The position numbers were made by a program, and so were the translations under genes. 49,656 nucleotides of DNA from Acidobacteriaceae bacterium (GTDB lineage: Bacteria > Acidobacteriota > Terriglobia > Terriglobales > Acidobacteriaceae), in NCBI GenBank assembly GCA_003152195.1, contig PLZN01000357.1, forward strand, positions 37,457 to 87,112, read 5' to 3'. The notes beneath the pieces are model-generated. The model ran no database searches. It had not been told where the DNA came from and saw only the letters and a program-made list of their open reading frames with translations. Below, in pieces: positions 42,394 to 49,656 of this stretch. Positions within the stretch are counted from its first letter, which is position 1. Each line of letters opens with the position of its first letter.

Positions 42394-45300
42394 TTATCCC
42401 GCATCACGCAGGAAAAGTTTCGGCAGTCCGTCGACAATGCTTTGACCCAATCGGCGATAGCTTTCAAACTGCGACTCCGTGAACCATTGCTCGGCGGTGG
42501 AGTCGTGGGGAAAATGCTTATGCTGCAGCTTGTAGTTCTGCACATCGCCGGGCACATCGGGCAACTCTACGCTGCCCTTTACCGGGACGGCGGCCGGATC
42601 GCTCGGCGCTTTGCCGGTGAGCGAGGCCTTGATATACAAAACCTCTCCAATAACTTCGCCCGTTCCAACAGGAGTTTCCGGATAACGTATGCTGCCGCGA
42701 ACGATATGCGCGGGACTAAGCTGGCTGCGCGTATTGGGGGAAAGCGCGGAGAGATCCAGGTCGATCTCGGCGCCAAAGTCGATGCGGCATTTACGTATCG
42801 CGTCGCCGATGCCCTCATAGATGTAGCCGGCATCCTCCTCGGCATCGCAGATCACGATTTTGTAACAGCGCCTCCGTACCAGTTCATATAGCCCCATATT
42901 GTCGAAGTGGCCGCCGTCGGTCAGATACACGTATTTCGAAGTATCGTCCACGCTCCCCAGCAGTTCGCTGGTGAGCCACCAGGGGGCGAATTTTGGTGAA
43001 GCCGGGGTGCTATTACCGTCCGGCTCCACATTCAATCTCTGGCCGGCAAGTTCGGAGCGGCGGGGATTGGGTATCCAGAGTCCCAGCCGTACATCGAACA
43101 TGGTCATCAGAAATGCAGTCGCAGGATTGGTGTGATAGCCCCAGTTGGGACTGACCGCGGCCCCCGAAGCCGCCATCGCCGTGGCTATGTTCGGACCGCC
43201 CATATCCTTTGTCTGGTTCGGATCGCCTTCATAGAGAAACCTGGTAGGTACGAAACCGTTGAACCGGATATCGTCGTCGTTTCCGGTCCAGCCTACGGTA
43301 TATCCGCTATAGAACGGCGTGAAGGCAAAGGAAGCAGCCTTGCGCTGCTGCCAAGCAAGGTCTTCTCCCAGGGTGATATTCATGGCGCAGCAGAAGATCG
43401 GGATAGGTCCCGGATACTTCGTCTCCTGGGTCAGCTGCGCGATCTGTAGATCGGCGGTGTCCCGCTGATCAAAACCGGTGACCGGACTTGGGCTACGCAT
43501 CAAATTGGAAGCGCCCAAGTAGCATCGCGTTAAACGGTCGCGATAAAAGCTGTGCATGGAGAACTCGTTGATGTCGAGGCGATATCCGAGCAGGGCCGCG
43601 AGGAAAAGGAAGAACCCAATGGCTGCCGCCCAAAAAAACATATCGCATCCGGGGAAAAAACGATCGGCCAACGGCGCGTGAACTTCCTCCAGCACCAGGG
43701 ACAAAAAGAAGACCAGCCCGGCGATGTAGACATAAGGGCCGATCAGGACAACTAATTCAAGGATTTTGCCTCCACTACTCACGGAGTTACTCTGCGTACC
43801 GCTCGTCTCGCTGCTCTTGCCGCCCAGCACGCCGGCGGCTGTGGTTGCGGCCCAGGCGAGAACCGCCGGCCATTTGATCCACGTCCAGTGATATTTGTGA
43901 AGCAGAACCCCGGGCATCAACAAGGAAGAGCCACAGAGAAAGACCCAGCCGATACCGATCAACAGGGAGTATCCGCGGATGCGTCCGAGCCACTCGCCCA
44001 GCCAGTCGGGAAAGTCCTTTCCGATAAGGCCGGATGCGATGATCATGGTGAGCGGCGCCAGCCAGAAAAAGAGCAGCGTGCCGAGCACGATCTGCAACGA
44101 ATATGGGCTGTTGAGACCTAGCCAGCCTGCGGCTCTCTGCGTCATCCACGACTGCAGCAGCGCTGCGATGGCCACCCCTACAGCGGCGCCCGCTAAGGCG
44201 GCCGGAACTCCCAGCACAAGCAGCCAGCACGACCAGCCGATGAAGGCCGGCCGCGCGCGCTCCTTCGGATTCTTGCCGCGCCGCTGCAGTCTCTGGGTGC
44301 GCACCGTCATGATTTCGCCCAGCGCACCGCCGGAAAAAGTCTCCGCCCACACCAGGAAAAGCAGCAGGAGAAAGAGCCCAACCGGGTAGGCGGCACTCTC
44401 CCCGCGTTTAAGCGTGACCCGCGTCAACAGGATGCCAAACACCAGCAACAGGGAAAGCATGAAATTTGCAGTAAACACCTGGTAGCGGCGGAGGCGGCGG
44501 AGCCAGCGAATGTATCTACGGATCGGCCTTGCGGCCTCGCTTGGCTGCAGCGCAAAGTCGTACTCCCTGCGCAGCAGAAAGATGATGAGCAACGTGCCCG
44601 CAAGAAAGCAGGCCAACGCACCCACAATCTCTCCCCGGATACCCTCGGCTTTATTCAAGAAGTGGAGCATCCCGGACAGGCTCCAATTTCCATGCCAGTA
44701 TTGCTGGAAGAGGCAGCGGAAAAGCTCCACAGCCTTCCCCGTGACGGGTGTCGGCGCAGCGACGGTCTCTGCGTTCCCAGGACAGTGCACAGACGCTTGA
44801 ACCGCCAGGCGCACACTGGGCGCCAATATATGAGGAAAAGACAGGATGCACAGGAAGATCGCGATCAGCAGCGCCTGGTTCAGCAAGACATTGCGTATCC
44901 AGATGGCCACCGCCGACCAGGTGTCGCTGGTAAACATGCCGACCTGTGGGGTTAGGTAGTTGCTATACCTGCGCAGCCACTGAATCTGACGCGGCCAGAC
45001 CGTCTGATATTTTTCCCCGGTGGTGCGCCCAGGTAACGGCGTCAACCGGTACGCTACCTGTTTCCATGCATCCCGCAGATCCTCGTCAGATGGGTTTGTG
45101 TCCTGGTGCTTCCCGGTGTGCTCCAGGGTCTTACGTTTGAGCCACGCAGCCAGCCACGAGTGAATATACCCGCCACCCGAAACACTGGAGAGGTAGTCGA
45201 ACTTATTCAACCAGCCGCGCCTGGCCAATCCCTGCAATATGCCGAGATTGAAAGTGGCGCTGCGTATGCCGCCGCCGGAGAAGCATATTCCCGTAACTTG

Positions 45301-45714
45301 GTTGTCCCTGGCCCAACGGTAGATGTCGCCCGGATCATCCTGCGAAGAACCGGAAACCGCTTGCTGGGGCTGAAACTCCAGGATCTCTTGCTTTGGGTCG
45401 TGCAAGACGCGCAGCTTCCTGATCGCAGGAGCCTCCTGTTCGAGCAGCCACTTGCTCGGCGTGTAATGCACGATGAAGGCAAGAGCCTCCTGCAGGCCGG
45501 GATACGCATAGAGAACCTCGTACGTGAGGTCATTACCGCTTGATCCAGGGATAAGGGGAAAGCGGATGAGCAAGTCGGAGGGTAACGGGTTGACACCAAA
45601 CTTCGCCTGGACTTCTTTCAGCAACCGCTCGATGTAATCGTTTCGGTCCATCGTCAGTTCGCCTTCCCGGCCCGAAACCTCGCCCTTGCGTCGATCTCCC
45701 TGGAACGAGCTCAT
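42394..45714 (-). CDS. Patatin/cPLA2-like phospholipase with an inserted ~10-TM membrane domain
   Basis: Oxyanion loop FSGGGIRSA (aa ~145), nucleophile elbow SVSGGG (Ser ~179) and catalytic LTDGGHFDNMG (Asp ~933). Residues ~270-720 form about ten hydrophobic helices. Confidence 0.8.
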   Translation of the reverse strand: MSSFQGDRRKGEVSGREGELTMDRNDYIERLLKEVQAKFGVNPLPSDLLIRFPLIPGSSGNDLTYEVLYAYPGLQEALAFIVHYTPSKWLLEQEAPAIRKLRVLHDPKQEILEFQPQQAVSGSSQDDPGDIYRWARDNQVTGICFSGGGIRSATFNLGILQGLARRGWLNKFDYLSSVSGGGYIHSWLAAWLKRKTLEHTGKHQDTNPSDEDLRDAWKQVAYRLTPLPGRTTGEKYQTVWPRQIQWLRRYSNYLTPQVGMFTSDTWSAVAIWIRNVLLNQALLIAIFLCILSFPHILAPSVRLAVQASVHCPGNAETVAAPTPVTGKAVELFRCLFQQYWHGNWSLSGMLHFLNKAEGIRGEIVGALACFLAGTLLIIFLLRREYDFALQPSEAARPIRRYIRWLRRLRRYQVFTANFMLSLLLVFGILLTRVTLKRGESAAYPVGLFLLLLFLVWAETFSGGALGEIMTVRTQRLQRRGKNPKERARPAFIGWSCWLLVLGVPAALAGAAVGVAIAALLQSWMTQRAAGWLGLNSPYSLQIVLGTLLFFWLAPLTMIIASGLIGKDFPDWLGEWLGRIRGYSLLIGIGWVFLCGSSLLMPGVLLHKYHWTWIKWPAVLAWAATTAAGVLGGKSSETSGTQSNSVSSGGKILELVVLIGPYVYIAGLVFFLSLVLEEVHAPLADRFFPGCDMFFWAAAIGFFLFLAALLGYRLDINEFSMHSFYRDRLTRCYLGASNLMRSPSPVTGFDQRDTADLQIAQLTQETKYPGPIPIFCCAMNITLGEDLAWQQRKAASFAFTPFYSGYTVGWTGNDDDIRFNGFVPTRFLYEGDPNQTKDMGGPNIATAMAASGAAVSPNWGYHTNPATAFLMTMFDVRLGLWIPNPRRSELAGQRLNVEPDGNSTPASPKFAPWWLTSELLGSVDDTSKYVYLTDGGHFDNMGLYELVRRRCYKIVICDAEEDAGYIYEGIGDAIRKCRIDFGAEIDLDLSALSPNTRSQLSPAHIVRGSIRYPETPVGTGEVIGEVLYIKASLTGKAPSDPAAVPVKGSVELPDVPGDVQNYKLQHKHFPHDSTAEQWFTESQFESYRRLGQSIVDGLPKLFLRDAG

Positions 45715-46040
45715 TGACTATGAAACTGTTACGGTAACGAAGGGTAGGCCGAAAGATTTCGACAACGTATCAGAGATGGGTCTTCAATAACAACACAATA
45801 GTTTATTTTGCGGCGGATAACCTCTGTAGGCTCTCTGACGGCGTGATTGGATTGGTAACCATCTTCATAGCATATTTATCAATACCTTATGGCCACATGC
45901 TGCACGGTACCGGTTGCTATGTCACAGCCAGACCAACCCCTTCACCGGAGAATAGCCGCTGGGGATTCGATTTCCGATTGTTGCCGTGGCTGGGTTCGTG
46001 TTGGGGAAAGGGAATACCGCAGATCCCTCCACTTCGCTAC

Positions 46041-46170
46041 CCCGGATTTCCTGTCAGGCTTGGTGGCGCTGGCGAACGTCATGCGGCTTTCCTTGATGAA
46101 AGCCGCACGCGCAGATATGTCTAGTGTCGCGTAGTAGGAAATCCGGGTACGCTCCGGCCGGGATGACAAA
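46041..46170. repeat. ~107-nt structured palindromic element followed by the cgctccggccgggatgacaaa repeat
   Basis: cccggatttcctgt (46041-46054) with aggaaatccggg (46136-46147), and a central hairpin tgcggctttcc-ttgat-gaaagccgca (46082-46107). The span 46150-46170 is identical to 21447-21467. Confidence 0.75.
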
Positions 46171-46208
46171 GGGTAGAGCGGCGGCTCCATGGCTCGGTTC
46201 GTTACTTC

Positions 46209-48326
46209 CTAATCCTGCAATAAGGCGAGCAGCTGGTCAGGGTCTGCGGTAGGCGGCAGGCAACAGCTTGCCTTGCAGACCACCGCGAAGCTGTGCGCCG
46301 CGTCGAGATCGGGAAGCAAGGGCAGCGTTTCCGCCAGCACCGGTGGCAGCTCTCCCGCGACCTGGGCCCGGGTCAGGCGGATGACGCTCTTGTTCACGGC
46401 AAAGCGAGCCGTGGCTACCGCATCCAGGTGCTCGGCCACGGCATCTTCGCCAATCACCACCACCTGCACCGGCGGCAGCAGCAGGCGCTCGAGGGCCAAG
46501 CCGTAGGTTCCCGCGTAGAGCCCGAGGTGTTCCACTACGCCGGCAAACGCCTCCAGGGTATCCTCCGCCTTTTCCCGCAGAGCGGCGCTTCCGTTGAGCG
46601 CCTCCAGGCGCAGCAACGCAGCGGCTGCAGCCGGATTTCCCGCCGGAACGGGCGAATCCTGCAGCGGCTTGCGCCGTGCCGTCAATGCGCCCAGCAGCGC
46701 TTCTCCCTTGGCCGTGGCATCGAAAAACCCACCCCCGGTGGTGTCGTAGAACTCCGCCACCATGCGCTTAGCCAACCCCAGCGCCGCCCGGTAATACTTC
46801 GCCGCGCCGGTTGTCAGCCAGCCATCCAGACAGGCGTGGATGAGAAAGGCATAATCGTCCAGCATGCCCGCAACCCATTTGGTCCCGGTTGAGCCGCGGG
46901 TATAGGAGATCACGTGGGCCAGCCCGCGCTCCGCATCGAGACCCTCGCGAAGCAGCCGGTCCAGGGTAAGCAGCGCAAAAGCTTTCACTTCGGGCAGGTG
47001 CAGCACGTGCGCCGCCTCCAGGTAGGCGGAGACGGCAAGGGCATTCCAGTTGGTGTAAACGGTAGTGTCGATGAACGGCGTCGGGCGCTCACCCCGCGCC
47101 GCATACAGCCGGGCATGGGCCGCGGTCAGCAGTGCCTCTGCCTGCGCGGGGGTCTTGCCGGCACGCACAGCCACGGCGTCGAGGGTCCGCTTCACATGCA
47201 GCACGTTCTTGGCGGGATTGTGATGCATGTCCCCCAGATCGCCGATATCGTAATAGGCCCCGGCAATCTCCATCTCTTCCGGGGTGAGCACGGCCGCGGC
47301 TTCGGCCCGCGTCCAGGTAAAGTAATCGCCATCGTCGTCCAGATCGATGTCCGCATCCTGCGAAGCATAGAAGCCGCCCCGCTCCCGGTCCGTAAGCCAC
47401 GCGTCCATCCAACGGATGATGTCCTTGGCTACCCGCGCGGACTCGGGGTCGACATAGCTTTGGAAGGCATGCACATAGTTCTTCAGCAGCTCCGCGTTGT
47501 CATACAGCATCTTCTCGAAGTGCGGCACCACCCAGGCCTCATCGACCGAATAGCGATGGAAACCCCCACCCAGGTGGTCGTAGACGCCGCCCTGGGCCAT
47601 CTTCTCCAGGGTCACCGTGGCGGCCTCCCTGGCCGCTTCGTTGCCCGTGCGCGTGGCCACATCGAGCAGAAGGTCGATGGCCGAAGGATGGGCAAACTTG
47701 GGCTGCGAACCAAAACCCCCGTGGTGGCGGTCGAACTTTTCCAACGCCGAGGCCACCATCTTGTCGACGATGCTCATGCTCAGGTTGCCCGCGCGGCCGG
47801 CAAAGTTCTCGTTGTATTCGATGGCTTCCACCACGGTGCCGGCCGACTCCATGACCTCCTCGCGGCGAGTCTTCCAGGCGTCCACCATGCTGCGCAGCAC
47901 CCGCTCGAAGCCGGGCCGGCCGTAGCGATCGTCCCGGGGAAAATATGTTCCCCCAAAAAAGGGCTTGCCCTCGGGAGTCAACACCGCGGTCAAAGGCCAT
48001 CCGTTTTGTCCACTGATGGCGGCGACGGCAGCCTGGTAACGCGTATCCACATCCGGACGTTCGTCGCGGTCGACCTTGACGGCGATAAAGTTTTGGTTGA
48101 TCACCTCAGCCAGCCCGGGATCTTCATAGCTTTCCCGATCCATCACATGGCACCAGTGACACCACACGGCGCCGATATCCAGAAGGATGGGCTTGTCTTC
48201 CCCGGCAGCACGGGCAAAAGCTTCGGCACCCCATTCATGCCACAGCACCGGCTGATGCATGGCGGATCGCAGGTACGAGGAGGAAGCTTCCGCGAGGGCG
48301 TTGGTGGGGTTTGTCATCTGCCCCAA
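46209..48326 (-). CDS. Thioredoxin-domain protein of the DUF255/YyaL family (N-terminal thioredoxin-like domain plus (alpha/alpha)6 domain)
   Basis: …KPILLDIGAVWCHWCHVMDRESYEDP…IAVKVDRDERPDVD… is the characteristic Thioredox_DsbH/DUF255 block. 705 aa. Confidence 0.85.
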   Translation of the reverse strand: MGQMTNPTNALAEASSSYLRSAMHQPVLWHEWGAEAFARAAGEDKPILLDIGAVWCHWCHVMDRESYEDPGLAEVINQNFIAVKVDRDERPDVDTRYQAAVAAISGQNGWPLTAVLTPEGKPFFGGTYFPRDDRYGRPGFERVLRSMVDAWKTRREEVMESAGTVVEAIEYNENFAGRAGNLSMSIVDKMVASALEKFDRHHGGFGSQPKFAHPSAIDLLLDVATRTGNEAAREAATVTLEKMAQGGVYDHLGGGFHRYSVDEAWVVPHFEKMLYDNAELLKNYVHAFQSYVDPESARVAKDIIRWMDAWLTDRERGGFYASQDADIDLDDDGDYFTWTRAEAAAVLTPEEMEIAGAYYDIGDLGDMHHNPAKNVLHVKRTLDAVAVRAGKTPAQAEALLTAAHARLYAARGERPTPFIDTTVYTNWNALAVSAYLEAAHVLHLPEVKAFALLTLDRLLREGLDAERGLAHVISYTRGSTGTKWVAGMLDDYAFLIHACLDGWLTTGAAKYYRAALGLAKRMVAEFYDTTGGGFFDATAKGEALLGALTARRKPLQDSPVPAGNPAAAAALLRLEALNGSAALREKAEDTLEAFAGVVEHLGLYAGTYGLALERLLLPPVQVVVIGEDAVAEHLDAVATARFAVNKSVIRLTRAQVAGELPPVLAETLPLLPDLDAAHSFAVVCKASCCLPPTADPDQLLALLQD

Positions 48327-48341
48327 GTCTACAGAATTGCT

Positions 48342-48845
48342 TTAAACCTCTGGAGGCGAAGGTGCCGTAGCGGAAAGAGCGGAGAGCCGTCGTCTCGCCA
48401 GGACCACATACACCCAGACCACCATCAGGGCGAATGTGAGGACGAAGAAATTGGGCGCGGTGACGAAGAAAGCGCGAAGGGCTTTCGTATGCCGGAAGTA
48501 GTGAAAGTGCAACAGTCCCATGCGCTTGTAGATAGCCACGAAGGCGACCAGCGGGGCTCCTGGAATCAGAATGCGGCGCCAGCGCACGATCCAAGCCGGC
48601 GCAATCAGCAGGACCAGCGGCAGCATCAGCGGCACGAAGCCTGACACTGCCATGAAGAGGCTGAAGGCGGCCCAGACCACCAGTCCTTCGGCCAAGGAAT
48701 CGGGCAGCTGGTGCAGGTTCCCATCCACATAGCGCCGAGCCAGAGCGAGTTCAAAGGGGAAGGTGACCAGGAAGCCGGCCAACCAACCTGCTAGAGCAGC
48801 CAGCACTCCGTATTTCAGCCGCGTCGGCCAGCCGAATGTGGTCAT
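48342..48845 (-). CDS. Integral membrane protein (4-5 TM), unknown function
   Basis: The internal ATG at 48845 gives a 167-aa hydrophobic protein. The longer ORF to 49181 would overlap the M20 gene. Confidence 0.5.
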   Translation of the reverse strand: MTTFGWPTRLKYGVLAALAGWLAGFLVTFPFELALARRYVDGNLHQLPDSLAEGLVVWAAFSLFMAVSGFVPLMLPLVLLIAPAWIVRWRRILIPGAPLVAFVAIYKRMGLLHFHYFRHTKALRAFFVTAPNFFVLTFALMVVWVYVVLARRRLSALSATAPSPPEV

Positions 48846-48855
48846 CGCGCGATCT

Positions 48856-49656
48856 TCATCCGGCGAGTCGACGCGCCACGTCGAAGTACAGATCCACTGC
48901 CCGGAGCAGTTCGCGCTTGGCGATCTTCTCAAACGGTGTATGCGCCACATGGATCGAACCGGGACCGAGCAGCAGCGGCTCACCCCAGTTGCTGAGCGCG
49001 GGAATATCGGTGGTGAAGGCCGCGACCATGGTCTCCAATCCCTCCACCTGGCGCATACGGATGAAGGGTATTTCCAGGGTAAACTCCACCTCGGCCAGAC
49101 CGGCGACTGCCTCCTCGATGGCCTTGCGGGTTGGCTCCGAAGGGCCCACCAGGCGGACCAGCACCTGGGCATTGGCGGCATCGGCGATCACGTTCGGCGC
49201 ACGTCCGCCATCGATCACGCCGACGTTCAGCGTGCTCGGGCCTATCCCCTCGACGCTGGGCAACTCGAGGGCCAGCAGCCGGTGCAGGGCCTGTACCAGC
49301 TTGTGTACGGCGCTATCGCCCAGCTCCGGATAGGCCGAATGCGCCATGGTACCGAGCGCCCGGATCTCGGCCCGGAGCGCTCCTTTCGAGGCTAACGCCA
49401 GCCGGTTGTCGGTTGGCTCCCCGTTGATCAGAAACCGGCTTCCCTTGGCATGCAGGTTGGCCACCCGCGCTCCCGCAGAATCGCGCTCCTCGCCCACCAC
49501 AAACAGCAGCGCGACTGCCGCCCCAGCCTCGCGCAGCCGCTCCGCGGCCGCCACTTGCGCAGCCATAATCCCTTTAGCGTCGCAGGCGCCACGCCCATAT
49601 AAGAAAAGATCATCCTCGCTGCTGGGGATAAACGGCGGCACCGTATCCATGTGCGT
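48856..49656 (-). CDS. M20 family metallopeptidase (ArgE/DapE-like deacylase), N-terminus outside the window
   Basis: …HMDTVPP… (the GHxDvVP metal motif) lies at the window edge, followed by …LYGRGACDAKG…, …VGEERDS… and a C-terminal catalytic lobe. The frame is open to position 49656. Confidence 0.8.
   Translation of the reverse strand, partial: THMDTVPPFIPSSEDDLFLYGRGACDAKGIMAAQVAAAERLREAGAAVALLFVVGEERDSAGARVANLHAKGSRFLINGEPTDNRLALASKGALRAEIRALGTMAHSAYPELGDSAVHKLVQALHRLLALELPSVEGIGPSTLNVGVIDGGRAPNVIADAANAQVLVRLVGPSEPTRKAIEEAVAGLAEVEFTLEIPFIRMRQVEGLETMVAAFTTDIPALSNWGEPLLLGPGSIHVAHTPFEKIAKRELLRAVDLYFDVARRLAG

Noticed and set aside
1-49656. CRISPR arrays, tRNA/tmRNA/rRNA genes and an integrase gene.
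   Set aside because: No regularly spaced direct repeats and no cloverleaf-like or rRNA-like segments were found by eye. No tyrosine or serine recombinase motifs appear in any ORF. Absence cannot be proven without tRNAscan or Infernal. The prophage integrase, if there is one, is probably left of the window.

Overview
High-GC (about 60%) window. The repeat families and protein types (Big_2 arrays, YXWGXW protein, small basic proteins) suggest an Acidobacteriota/Terriglobia-like chromosome; this is inference only.

Positions 1 to about 35.3 kb look like a prophage, open at the left edge. It is an almost entirely + strand late block. In order it contains:
- A module of large beta-rich proteins (Big_2, CHB_HEX_C-like, pectate-lyase-type beta-helix). 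They are interleaved with a GH108/PG_binding_3 muramidase and small membrane or lipoproteins.
- A large portal-like protein, an Ala/Pro-rich scaffold-like protein and a capsid-like protein followed by a strong terminator.
- A GT-A glycosyltransferase, then about 10 virion or unknown genes, including a 987-aa protein with internal repeats.
- Two accessory (moron-like) genes: a minus-strand YXWGXW/His-rich secreted protein and a RelA/SpoT-like nucleotidyltransferase-fold protein.
- TerS-like and TerL.

No tape measure, sheath or tube gene was recognised, so the layout is podovirus-like.

After TerL comes a low-GC scrap yard: an internally deleted ClpP-fold gene, a decayed DDE transposase, an intact class II Fic gene, and a minus-strand replication remnant (HTH protein, plus a DnaB helicase broken by two 1-nt frameshifts).

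From about 35.8 kb the content looks chromosomal:
- SRAP/YedK peptidase with a SAM methyltransferase
- ROK kinase with an SDR
- two paralogous secreted coiled-coil proteins
- an MscS channel
- a 1106-aa patatin-like lipase whose catalytic dyad is split by a roughly 10-TM domain
- a DUF255 thioredoxin-domain protein, a membrane protein and a partial M20 peptidase

No tRNA, rRNA, CRISPR array, integrase or att repeat was found.

The most interesting points:
1. Every large 'tail-fibre-like' protein, and the small paralogue beside two of them, carries a clean Sec signal peptide. They surround a secretion-activator-type muramidase.
2. The prophage encodes a divergent RSH-like protein.
3. The patatin lipase is split by a polytopic membrane domain.
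4. Host-type palindromic repeat families sit exactly at prophage module junctions.

All homology calls come from motif recognition by eye and need HMM or structure confirmation.
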